64,000 nt of DNA, from the NCBI GenBank assembly GCA_950097015.1, contig CATNEN010000001.1, forward strand, positions 16,740,001-16,804,000, written 5' to 3'. This stretch comes from Macrostomum hystrix. Lineage: Eukaryota; Animalia; Platyhelminthes. The position numbers were made by a program, and so were the translations under genes. Below the pieces are notes generated by a model. The model was given only the letters and a program-made list of their open reading frames with translations, did no database searches and was not told the origin of the DNA. Positions 11,242 through 23,020 of this stretch are shown piece after piece (position 1 is the stretch's first letter; every line of letters begins with the position of its first letter).

Positions 11242-14028
11242 ATGCTTGCACCGGATGTGGCAGATAAGGTTCGCCAGCTGTTGGACACCCTGGACCCATT
11301 GGATCTGGCCGATATTGCAGCTACCTCCTGTGGCAACGCAGTGCAGTGCAATGGAAAAAATGGTTAGACTTTTTGTGTAGATAAAATTTTAGTTGTTATT
11401 TGCCTTACTTGACTACTGAACAACTTATTTTAGTAGTGTTGTAAGGAACTTGCTCCTAATAAAAGTAGGAAAAGTACATATCTTGTTTCTAAGAACTTAG
11501 TGGATATACTGATGAGATTCTTATGTTTTAACCTAACATAATGGTTGATATTCACACGTTTTTCTAATTTTTCGGTGAGATTCTCATGTTTTTCTAATCT
11601 ATAAGTGAGATTCTCATGCCTTTTTTTCTAAATCTATGGGTGAGATTCCTATCTTTTTTCTAAATCTATGGGTGAGATTCCTATCTTTTTTCTAAATCTA
11701 TGGGTGAGATTCATCTCTTTTTCTAAATCTATATGTGCGATTCTTATCTTTTTTCTAAATCTATGGGTGAGATTCCTATCTTTTTTCTAAATCTATGGGT
11801 GAGATTCCTATCTTTTTTCCAAATCTATGGGTGAGATTCTTATCCTTTTTCCAAATCTATGGGTGAGATTCTTATCCTTTTTCCAAATCTATGGGTGAGA
11901 TTCTTATCCTTTTTCCAAATCTATGGGTGACATTCTTATCTCTTTTTTCCAAATCTATGGGTGAGATTCTTATCTCTTTTTTCTAAATCTATATGTGAGA
12001 TTCTTATCTTTTTTTCCAAATCTATGGGTGACATTCTTATCCTTTTTCCAAATCTATGGGTGAGATTCTTATCTCTTTTTTCCAAATCTATGGGTGAGAT
12101 TCTTATCCTTTTTCCAAATCTATGGGTGAGATTCTTATCTCTTTTTTCCAAATCTATGGGTGAGATTCTTATCTCTTTTTTCTAAATCTATGGGTGAGAT
12201 TCTTATCTCTTTTTTCTAAATCTATATGTGAGATTCTTATCTTTTTTTCCAAATCTATGGGTGAGATTCTTATCTCTTTTTTCCAAATCTATGGGTGAGA
12301 TTCTTATCTTTTTTTCCAAATCTATGGGTGAGATTCTTATCCTTTTTCCAAATCTATGGGTGAGATTCTTATCCTTTTTCCAAATCTATGGGTGACATTC
12401 TTATCTCTTTTTTCCAAATCTATGGGTGAGATTCTTATCTCTTTTTTCTAAATCTATGGGTGAGATTCTTATCTCTTTTTTCTAAATCTATATGTGAGAT
12501 TCTTATCTTTTTTTCCAAATCTATGGGTGAGATTCTTATCCTTTTTCCAAATCTATGGGTGAGATTCTTATCTCTTTTTTCCAAATCTATGGGTGAGATT
12601 CTTATCTTTTTTTTCTAAATCTATATGTGAGATTCTTATCTTTTTTTCCAAATCTATGGGTGACATTCTTATCCTTTTTCCAAATCTATGGGTGAGATTC
12701 TTATCTCTTTTTTCCAAATCTATGGGTGAGATTCTTATCCTTTTTCCAAATCTATGGGTGAGATTCTTATCTCTTTTTTCCAAATCTATGGGTGACATTC
12801 TTATCCTTTTTCCAAATCTATGGGTGAGATTCTTATCTCTTTTTTCCAAATCTATGGGTGAGATTCTTATCCTTTTTCCAAATCTATGGGTGAGATTCTT
12901 ATCTCTTTTTTCTAAATCTATATGTGAGATTCTTATCTTTTTTTCCAAATCTATGGGTGAGATTCTTATCTTTTTTCCAAATCTATGGGTGAGATTCTTA
13001 TCTTTTTTTTCCAAATCTATGGGTGAGATTCTTATCTCTTTTTTCCAAATCTATGGGTGAGATTCTTATCTCTTTTTTCCAAATCTATGGGTGAGATTCT
13101 TATCTCTTTTTTCTAAATCTATGGGTGAGATTCTTATCTTTTTTTCCAAATCTATGGGTGAGATTCTTATCTCTTTTTTCCAAATCTATGGGTGAGATTC
13201 TTATCTTTTTTTCCAAATCTATGGGTGAGATTCTTATCTCTTTTTTTAATCTATATGTGAGATTCTTATCTTTTTTTCTAAATCTATGGGTGAGATTCTT
13301 ATCTCTATTTTCTAAATCTATATGTGAGATTCTTATCTCTTTTTTCTAAATCTATATGTGAGATTCTTATCTCTTTTTTCTAAATCTATGGGTGAGATTC
13401 TTATCTCTTTTTCTAAATCTATGGGTGAGATTCTCATGTCTATCTCCGAATCTCTAGGTGAGATTCTCATGTCTATCTCCTAATCTCTAGGTGAGATTCT
13501 CATGTCTATCTCCGAATCTCTAGGTGAGATTCTCATGTCTATCTCCTAATCTCTGAGTGAGATTCTCATGTTTTACTCCGAACCTATGGATGAGATTCTC
13601 ATCTTTGAGTAAGATTCTTGGATACATTTTTTAATTAGATTCCCAAGGCGAAATTGAGTATATACTCCAGTCTCACAATGTCATTCCCACACCAGACTAC
13701 ATTCGGGTCATTCTGGCCTACCACTCATCGGCGGCTGAAATTTTGGCCAGACGCAAACTGAAACGCGAATACCTGATCAAGTACCTGTGGTCCTGCAACC
13801 TGGCCGTGTCACTGTCCCTGTCCAAAACTGAGGCCGTTGTTAGACTGCTCAACCACTGGCGGCTTGATGAACAGGCTGCAAGGCAGCAGGCAGGAGCGTT
13901 TCCTCAGCTTCAGCAGCCGCAGCAGAGGTTGGAGCAGCAGAGGCGTCATTTAGGGACCTCTCTGCATCAGTCACAAGACCAGGTAAGTAGTTTTGTCCTT
14001 TTGATTTCACTAGCTCTATGTCTTTCTG

Positions 14029-14071
<43 letters not shown>

Positions 14072-14750
14072 TTTCTGGGTGTCTGTCTGTCTGTCTGTCT
14101 GTCTGCTCTGGGTGTCTGTCTCTCTGTCTGTCTGTCTGTCTGTCTGTATGTCTAGCCAATGCACAACCCGCCCGCAGGCCAGCTCGCACTCAGCAGACGA
14201 CTCCTCCCAGCCGGTCGATCCGGAGCTTCGCGACTTCCTCGCCCGCCTGTCGCGCGCCTTCGCCGAGTTCTTTTTCTCGGCCTACCAGTCGCCAACCGGA
14301 GTGCCGCCAGCGGTTTTCGAGCCGAGCTGCGACTTCGTGGTTGAGCTGGGCGGGCCCGCCATGCCGCAGTCCAGTCCGCTCTATCGCGAGTCTCACCAAT
14401 CAGCCGACCTGGCCAGTCGCGGCCTTGCCGAGCTCCGGCGAGTCCACGACTTCCTCCTGCAGCCGAATCTTGTCAACGGCCTGAGCGCCGAGATGAGCAG
14501 CTTCGGTCTGGTTCGATTCCAGGCCGACTGCTCGCTGCACCAGTCGGCTGGGAACCGCATTGGCCTGGCCAGACTGCACTGCCTGCTGGCGCCTCGGCTG
14601 GCCGACGCTTCTGCCCCGGCAGCCACCGTCGGTCACGACTGCTACGCCGTCAGAGCGCTGAGGCTGCTGCTGTACTTGGAGAGCGCCGGTGTGCCCAGAT
14701 TTCTTAGTCGAGGCCTGCCGCCACAGGAGACTAGGCCGGCCATTCAATGA
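11242..14750 (+). CDS. C3orf38: C3orf38-like (DUF4518-type) conserved protein; exons 11242-11362, 13696-13982, 14178-14750
   Basis: The spliced product MLAPDVADKVRQLLDTLDPLDLADIA...DYIRVILAYHSSAAEILARRKLKREYLIKYL...LLQPNLVNGLSAEMSSFGLV resembles human C3orf38 as recalled (CRNLLGLLD...[27 protein letters not shown]...FLSPNLDSHGL...SSPHGLV). GT-AG junctions are in phases 1 and 0. Confidence 0.75.
11630..13570. repeat. ~31-34-bp minisatellite (aaatctatgggtgagattcttatc(t/c)ttttttcc), ~1.9 kb, intronic
   Basis: Tandem units with variable T-tract length, grading into a related variant at 13430-13570. Confidence 0.95.
14020..14150. repeat. (TCTG)n microsatellite in C3orf38-like intron 2
   Basis: Read directly. 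Confidence 0.9.
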
Positions 14751-14842
14751 GCTGGGCCCAGGATCGTTAAAAGTTTAGTCCGTTAACTTTCCGTTACTTT
14801 TAATAGTTAATTTTTTATTTTTCTATTTTTCGCAAAAGCATA

Positions 14843-15215
14843 ATAATAATCATAATAATGATAATAATAATTGCAGGAGGGCTGCGGGCAATGACACATA
14901 ATTTGGTGACACTGGACCCGCAGCCAGCGAGGCGGCAATTCTGCCCCTTTCGCTGAGCACACACGCAGACAGATGCCGTACGCAGGCACACGCTCACACA
15001 GGTGTGTACATCTGCCCTGACTTTCTCATCGTCAGGCAGTGTACACTCTCACTGTGCCTTGGAGGTTGGCCCTCAAGGGCGTAAATTGCACGACAAGCCC
15101 CCAAGCCTTCTCTCCGCGGCTGCGCCCCAAATACGAAATCTGGCCTCGCCTTGGAATCGAACTTAGGGACCTTGGTGCGAGAGGCAACCGCGATAACCGC
15201 TCTGCCACGGACCCC
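14843..15215 (-). mobile_element. Full-length tRNA-derived SINE (family A) with a 15-bp target-site duplication
   Basis: TTTCGCAAAAGCATA occurs at 14828-14842 and 15216-15230. A/B-box head at the right end, (ATT)n tail at the left end. Confidence 0.9.
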
Positions 15216-15609
15216 TTTCGCAAAAGCATAGTTTCCTGTCTTCTTTTTTAACGTTTAAAAAGTTAACGATTTACGATTTCCTTCCAAGGTGACGATTAAC
15301 TTTAACGTACTTGAAAAGTTAAGATTTTTAACGATGGCCCATTACTATTATCATTTAGATATATTGATTGACTCGCACCGATGTACAAAATATATTTAAT
15401 GAAATGGTTTACATTGTATTTTGTGATGCAGTTAAACTGTTTAGATACGTTTAGATATCTGTTTAACGTATTAAACTGTTTTTAAGAGTCAAGTCAAGTC
15501 ATATAGATTTCTCTAGCTTCTACGAGTTGTACATTTAAACTCGATACGCGATCGATATAATGCTGTGTCAATGTGTATGTTTGTGCCTGGCTGCTGTCAA
15601 TTGTCTCGG

Positions 15610-17460
15610 GTCTAGGGTGTATGTAAGAGTGTCTAGGGAGTATGTAAGAGTGTCTAGGGAGTATGTAAGAGTGTCTAGGGAGTATGTAAGAGTTTCTAGG
15701 GAGTATGTAAGAGTTTCTAGGGAGTATGTAAGAGTTTCTAGGGAATATGTAAGAGTTTCTAGGGAGTATGTAAGAGTGTCTAGGGAGTATGTAAGAGTTT
15801 CTAGGGAGTATGTAAGAGTGTCTAGGGAGTATGTAAGAGTGTCTAGGGAGTATGTAAGAGTGTCTAGGGAGTATGTAAGAGTAAGAGTGTCTAGGGAGTA
15901 TGTAAGAGTGTCTAGGGAGTATGTAAGAGTGTCTAGGGAGTATGTAAGAGTGTCTAGGGAGTATGTAAGAGTGTCTAGGGAGTATGTAAGAGTGTCTAAG
16001 ATGTATGTAAGAGTGTCTAAGATGTATGTAAGAGTGTCTAAGGTGTATGTAAGAGAGTGTCTAAGATGTATGTAAAAGTGTCTAAGGTGTATGTAAGAGA
16101 GTGTCTAAGGTGTATGTAGAGAGTGTCTAAGGTGTATGTAAGAGAGTGTCTAAGGTGTATGTAAGAGAGTGTCTAAGATGTATGTAAGAGTGTCTAAGAT
16201 GTATGTAAGAGAGTGTCTAAGGTGTATTTAAGAGAGTGTCTAAGGTGTATGTAGAGAGTGTCTAAGGTGTATGTAAGAGAGTGTCTAAGGTGTATGTAAG
16301 AGAGTGTCTAAGATGTATGTAAGAGTGTCTAAGATGTATGTAAGAGAGTGTCTAAGGTGTATTTAAGAGAGTGTCTAAGATGTATGTAAGAGAGTGTCTA
16401 AGGTGTATGTAGAGAGTGTCTAAGGTGTATGTAAGAGAGTGTCTAAGGTGTATGTAAGAGAGTGTCTAAGATGTATGTAAGAGTGTCTAAGATGTATGTA
16501 AGAGAGTGTCTAAGGTGTATTTAAGAGAGTGTCTAAGGTGTATGTAGAGAGTGTCTAAGGTGTATGTAAGAGAGTGTCTAAGGTGTATGTAGAGAGTGTC
16601 TAAGGTGTATGTAAGAGAGTGTCTAAGGTGTATGTAAGAGAGTGTCTAAGATGTATGTAAGAGTGTCTAAGATGTATGTAAGAGAGTGTCTAAGGTGTAT
16701 GTAAGAGAGTGTCTAAGGTGTATGTAAGAGTGTCTAAGGTGTATGTAAGAGAGTGTCTAAGGTGTATGTAAGAGAGTGTCTAAGATGTATGTAAAAATGT
16801 CTAAGGTGTATGTAAGAGAGTGTCTAAGGTGTATGTAGAGAGTGTCTAAGGTGTATGTAAGAGAGTTTCTAAGGTGTATGTAAGAGAGTGTCTAAGGTGT
16901 ATGTAGAGAGTGTCTAAGGTGTATGTAAGAGAGTTTCTAAGGTGTATGTAAGAGAGTGTCTAAGATGTATGTAAAAGTGTCTAAGGTGTATGTAAGAGAG
17001 TGTCTAAGGTGTATGTAAGAGAGAGTCTAAGGTGTATGTAGAGAGTGTCTAAGGTGTATGTAAGAGAGTTTCTAAGGTGTATGTAAGAGAGTGTCTAAGA
17101 TGTATGTAAGAGTGTCTAAGATGTATGTAAGAGTGTCTAAGATGTATGTAAGAGTGTCTAAGATGTATGTAAGAGTGTCTAAGATGTATGTAAGAGTCTC
17201 TAAGATGTATGTAAGAGTGTCTAAGATGTATGTAAGAGTGTCTAAGATGTATGTAAGAGTGTCTAAGATGTATGTAAGAGAGTGTCTAAGATGTATGTAA
17301 GAGTGTCTAAGATGTATGTAAGAGAGTGTCTAAGGTGTATGTAAGAGAGTGTCTAAGATATATGTAAGAGAGTGTCTAAGGTGTATGTAAGAGAGTGTCT
17401 AAGGTGTATGTAAGAGAGTGTCTAAGATGTATGTAAGAGAGTGTCTAGGGTGTATGTAAG
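15610..17460. repeat. 21/23-bp minisatellite (gtatgtaaga(ga)gtgtctaag(g/a)t-like), ~1.85 kb, between convergent genes
   Basis: Tandem units read directly. They explain the YVRVSRE-repeat ORFs. Confidence 0.95.
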
Positions 17461-17534
17461 AATTTCTAGGCTATAAGCTAGTGTATCTATCTCTATTGGA
17501 TGTCAAAGTGTTGTCTAGTTGGTAACTCGAGTGT

Positions 17535-19764
17535 CTAAGTGGCCGGGGTGTCCAGGCGGTATGACACTGGATTCCTGCCAGTTGGTGTTATGCTGTCAGC
17601 ACTAGTACTTCTCTCCCTGCAGCGAGCGCAGCAGAACCTGTCCACAGTTGTTCGCACAAACGGCACATCCCTGGCGTAGATGATCCAATTGAAGCCGTAG
17701 AACACAGCGTACATGATGTTGAATAGCAAACCCAGATTAGTCCAGTAAGTGACATTCAGATAGTAGGCCACTGTGTCTGTGCGCCTCAGATCAGAGGACT
17801 GGGCGTACACGGTTCCCACTCCTAGCACAGCAGCTGCCGGCGTCAGCGTAGCCGTATAGAACAGACTCAAACTGAAGATGGTGAGAGTGACTCTGGTTGA
17901 GTTTTTCTGCTCATCTCTACTCGGGCCAGCGTCTGTCGAGCCCTTCAGAGCTCCTTTGCCAAGTTGAATTAAGCGAACTCTGTAAGCTAGGAAGGCGTTG
18001 AACAGTAGCATGAGAACGGACACTAGTCCTCCCCTGTGTACAGTTGTGATGTACACAGCCATAATGTCGCGCTGCTCTGAATCAACGGCGAAACAATTGA
18101 GAAACAGCGCGTTGGAGTCCAAGAATATGAGATTGCGGCTGAGTCGATAGATTGGCAGAATTGGACAGGACAGGGCCAATGAGAGCAGACCTGTCGAAAT
18201 CAGTATGAAGCATCTGTTAGCACTGTGGCACATTGCTCTTTTATTAGAAACTATAGGGAGCTGGCCAAATCAATATCCTCAATCCTCAATCTGTATATAG
18301 ATTCACCGATTTACTAACCTTAACTTTGTTGTCTTACCTGTGTGGGGAATTTTAATTTAGCTCTTCACTTCCTTATCAGATCCGCAGCATGTTCTGCATG
18401 TCAGATTCGACTGAATTTTATAGTTATAAAATACTCGTTTTCGACGACGACTAGAGATAACAGAATGATCACCAGATAAGCTATTCGTACAACTGCGAGA
18501 AAAATGTTATTTTAGGGAACTAAAAATGGTCTAGTCCATGCTCTGACCCAATTTTTAAAAGTTTAAATATTTACAAAAAATTTTCCTTTAGCTATGGCCA
18601 ATAGGTCATCAGGTGTATCAGGAATAAGTCATCAGGTGTATCAGGAATAGGTCATCAGGTGTGTCAGGTATTGGGTCATCATGTGTTTCAGGAATAAGTC
18701 ATCAGGTATGTCAGGTATTGGGTCATCAGGTGTGTCAGTAATAAGATCATCAGGTGTGTCAGGAATAAGTCATCAGGTGTGTCAGGAATAGGTCATCAGG
18801 TGTGTCAGATATTGGTTATCAGGTGTGTCAGGTATAGGTCATCAGGTGTGTCAGATATTGGTTATCAGGTGTGTCAGGTATAGGTCATCAGGTGTGTCAG
18901 ATATTGGTTATCAGGTGTGTCAGGTATAGGTCATCAGGTGTGTCAGATATTGGTTATCAGGTGTGTCAGGTATAGGTCATCAGGTGTGTCAGATATTGGT
19001 TATCAGGTGTGTCAGGTATAGGTCATCAGGTGTGTCAGGTATTGGGATATCAGGTGTGTCAGGTATTGGGATATCAGGTGTGTCAGGTATTGGGATATCA
19101 GGTGTGTCAGGTATAGGTCATCAGGAGTGTCAGCTAAGGGGCAATATCAATGTCAACAATGGGTCAGCAAAGCATGTCCCTTACCCAGTCCAGCTGCCAC
19201 ACGCCTGCTGAACCTCAGCCCGTAGGTCCTGTAGTTGAAGGGCCAGGTTAGCGCGTGCAGCCTGTCAATCATGAGGGCCAGCATGAGCAGCAGGGCAAAG
19301 GCTCCAGCGGAGGACATTGTGAAGCTCCAAGCCACGCAGAACCAATCAGTTGGGTACAGTGGGAACTCGAAATCGCCTTTGCTATAGCTGAACAGGCCTC
19401 TATGAATTGTCTGTGAGAAGAACTGGTGCGTGACAATCACAGCATTCACAGGTAGGAGGCAGGCGATGTACACGTGCGGCTTGGACCATCTGCTGGTGGA
19501 TCGCAGCATCAGAACTAGGGTAGCCAGGTTGCCTAATAGGCCAGCAACCAGGCAAACAGGTACTAGTGTTAGTGAAGCCCAGCAGGTGATAGTCTCCAGG
19601 GTGAGGGTGCGGTGGTACAGGCTAGATAGCTCAGGATTTCTGTGCAGAGCCGATTTGAGCTGACCAAAGAAGGCTGCATACCTGCTACTGCTGCCGCTCG
19701 ATTTGATCAGGCTTGTCGGTGTGACGTCATTGTCCGTAATTGTTGCTAGCCAAGTAGAGTTCAT
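17535..19764 (-). CDS. Orphan class A (rhodopsin-like), peptide-receptor-like GPCR; exons 19764-19185 and 18250-17535
   Basis: Seven hydrophobic segments. TM1 GLLGNLATL, Cys in DWFCVAW, DRY-like MIDRLHALTWP, TM6 FYTATLTP and TM7 NPxxY-like GFNWIIY. Phase-1 GT-AG junction. Confidence 0.8.
18600..19130. repeat. ~23-24-bp minisatellite (tcatcaggtgtgtcaggtatagg-like) in the GPCR intron
   Basis: Tandem units read directly. Confidence 0.9.
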
Positions 19765-22700
19765 ATTTGAATTGATGTTGGATGCTGCTGTTGCTGATTA
19801 GATTGCCAAAACTTATATTTTATCTTTCCTTGCAAGCTCATCGTTCAACTGCTTGATTCTCAGTGGTTGGACCATTTGGTCCAATCAGGGGAGCTAAAAT
19901 GCTGTTTTTCACATGTTTCAGATCTACAGTAAAGAAACTTTTATATTGGCTTTTAACTGTTTAACAAGAAAAAAAGCTTTTTAGGCAGATTAATCATGAG
20001 AAAAATCATGCATTCGAATTTAAAATCATCGATCAATTTGCTCTCGGCGAATTAATCGATTGTTTTGCTTCCCCCGCAGAAATTCTTAGGGTCAATGAAT
20101 TTTAGCAGCTCAAACAACTCCTACTTCCTCTATACTTTTTGTGCTCTCAATTTTATCACCATATTTGGTCGCATTCCATTATGCGAAAAAAAATGCTACC
20201 TTTGTTCCCGTGATTCTGAACCTCTTTCGTTGATTTTGTAAATGCGTGGCTTTCATCAGATCTGCATCGATTTACAGGAAATGGCAGCTACAAGGCTGTC
20301 ATAAAAATTGTCTCTGAAGTCTGTTGCAAGTTTTTGTCGACACTGATTTTATTATTTGGTGTGACACGAGCGAAACGAGTAAACTGCACGCGTTCAACTT
20401 GAGAACTATGCTGACATAAATAATTTTTTAATTCAGAAAAAAAAATTATTTCTCTTTGCGAAACAGCTTTTTTAGATTAGTGAGATTTTTTAAGAAAGTA
20501 TGGACCGATTTGGCTTCTAAATTAGGAGTTGAAAGACTTCGTGACTGCTTTGGGAAATCACAATTGTTTTCTCGGTTTTTCGGCTAAGCTATTTTTAACA
20601 AATGATTCGGGGTGCTTTGAGAATGCGAAGATCAATTTGTCATTATTTAACTACCTCTTCTTAGTTTATAAAATTTTGTTTCTTTTATGATTACACGAAG
20701 ATGCAACTTCAGTGTTCAAAAACAGAAGCAACCGTTTCAGGTTTTAACTACCGTTTTTACGTTCCGGTTTTGTAATTACCCAGACACAAAACCAAGCCTG
20801 CAAGGTCGTCAAAAGTGGTGGCTTGTTAGTGCACATTAAAGTCCTTTTGAACTTTTTTTTCTGTTGTCCAGTTGAATTACTAATCACATTCTGGAGAAAC
20901 CTTTCAGTTTTCAAACAAATAGTTTCTTGTTTTCTTTAGAAATTAAAAACACTGGCGAGATGGAACAATTATTTTTATTTAGCGTATATAAACTTAATAG
21001 TTTGTCACTAATGTGAGCATCTAATATTATCCTGATTTTGTACTAATAAAATTGTAGCAATTGTGTAAATATATATTTAGAATGTCTGCTCACTTGTTGC
21101 TTGGTACCGAAGCTTAACGCTTCGATGTATGTCTACGTTCAAATGTTGAAAAATGTCAAATGAAATGTCGGTGTATGGACAAACAAAAAATATAATGAAT
21201 AAACTTATAATTCATAAAATGATAATTAGAGAATGACTCTATCATGCATTTCACTAAAAATCAAGATTCTGAAGTAACAGCGAAATTTGAGTAAGTCGAT
21301 TGTGTGTATTCTACCTCGTAAAAGCAGTTTTTTTGCTTACGGACACTAATTGTTCTTAAGTGGCAGAAAGAGGACAAATTAAAGAAATCCGAAAAGAAAA
21401 CCTAACATCAAAAGGGGAGAAACGCTTTTCATGTCAACTACGGTAAAAAAATTGTTTGAAGGAAATAAAACTTTCACTAAACCGTTAAAAACTATTGCAG
21501 AAAATTAGATTTCCATTTTTATTGGACAATAAAGACACTATAAATATAGCTGGGTCGAAAAAATGGTCTGTATAGCTACTGCATGCTCTTTCGTTATTGT
21601 GATGAAACTAATTATTAATTTTTCACATCTTAGGAAAAGCAAGTAAAGCTCTTTTCTCAATTCAATTTATAACAATTATCTGTCTATCTTTACTTTAAAA
21701 TAAAGAGTTAGGCCTATTCGTTTGTTAAAATGTCGATTGCTCTCAGTATTGAATTTTCTAATGCATGCCGATTTTTTCAGTCGAAAAATAAAACAATTGT
21801 AAATAATTATCACAGCTATTGCAAAAATTCATTTATCTAGGAAAAAAACTACGAAAAATTATAATATTAAAAAATAAAAACTGCGCCGTGTAACAAACGT
21901 GATATACAAACGTAGTACTAAAAGTATTATTTTGGGCAAGAGTGTTTAGACGTAAGATTTTAATGAGTCTCGGCAGCATTAATTTTCTTGTCAGTGCGTT
22001 AAATAGTATTTGATTATAGTTAATTAATAGAAAATTAGTGATAAAAAGAGAAATATATAATTAGAATAAAAATTGTAATCTAAGTCACTTATATCTACAG
22101 TAACTTTTCTACTCGCATAAATCACGAATAAGACAGTTTTCAATCAAAAGTCTAAGGAAATAATTCATAAGAATTCATCGTTTTACGCAAAGAAATATTG
22201 TTCAGCAGAGCTAAACTTTTCGACAACCATTTTTGAAGAGGGTTTTACTGAATATGGACAGTACAGACAAAAAGAAATGAGTGCAAGTAACATATACCCA
22301 GTAAAAATGTAGCATTTTCTAATATTGTTGTTACTCCAACTTTTTTCTGTTGAAGGTACTTACAAAGTGTAAAATAAAAATATTTATTATCTGCAGTATT
22401 TAACGAGCAAACTTATGTAGTAACTTGGACTATCAAATACTAGTTGATATATGCTTCCAATAAAAATGCTACTGTAGCTGACTAGACTAGCTCTATAAAC
22501 GATGTGCAATTTTCTCACGGATGGACAATTTCACCTACTGCAAAAAAATCCGAAAGTGAACGTAAAAATCTGAAACTGAAGTGAGCCTACAATAATTGGA
22601 TGGTTTTCAACAAAGATTTGTCGATACGCAAGAGCGAGATGATTTACAAGTTAATTACTCGTACAAAAATAAAATATCGTTTTTAACGACAAAAATGTTC

Positions 22701-23020
22701 TACGTCAGCAACTAAAGAATAAATGGCGAAGAAGTAAAACAAAAAACTAAACAAAGTATTTTAATGAATATTATGCTTTTTGTTAACATTTATGGCGTAA
22801 GTTTCACCTTTCTGGTGTTCTTGTGTCCGTATAGAAAATGTTCATTTAAAAATAGTTCCCTAAATAAAAGCTGTGTGGCAAAAAATTTTCTTTTCTGAAT
22901 CTCTTCTCATCAAAAGAATCAGGTTGAACTTTTTTATTTAATTTAGCCGGAAAATATTATCCGTTGGACTGATTTTCTAGTTTTGAATAACTCGAATCTG
23001 CTATCTGTTGCCGACTGCTG

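Noticed and set aside
10185-17300. Repetitive ORFs (SSSVYDH, YVRVSRE, KNLTHRFGK and similar)
   Set aside because: Translations of minisatellites, with no splice or homology support.
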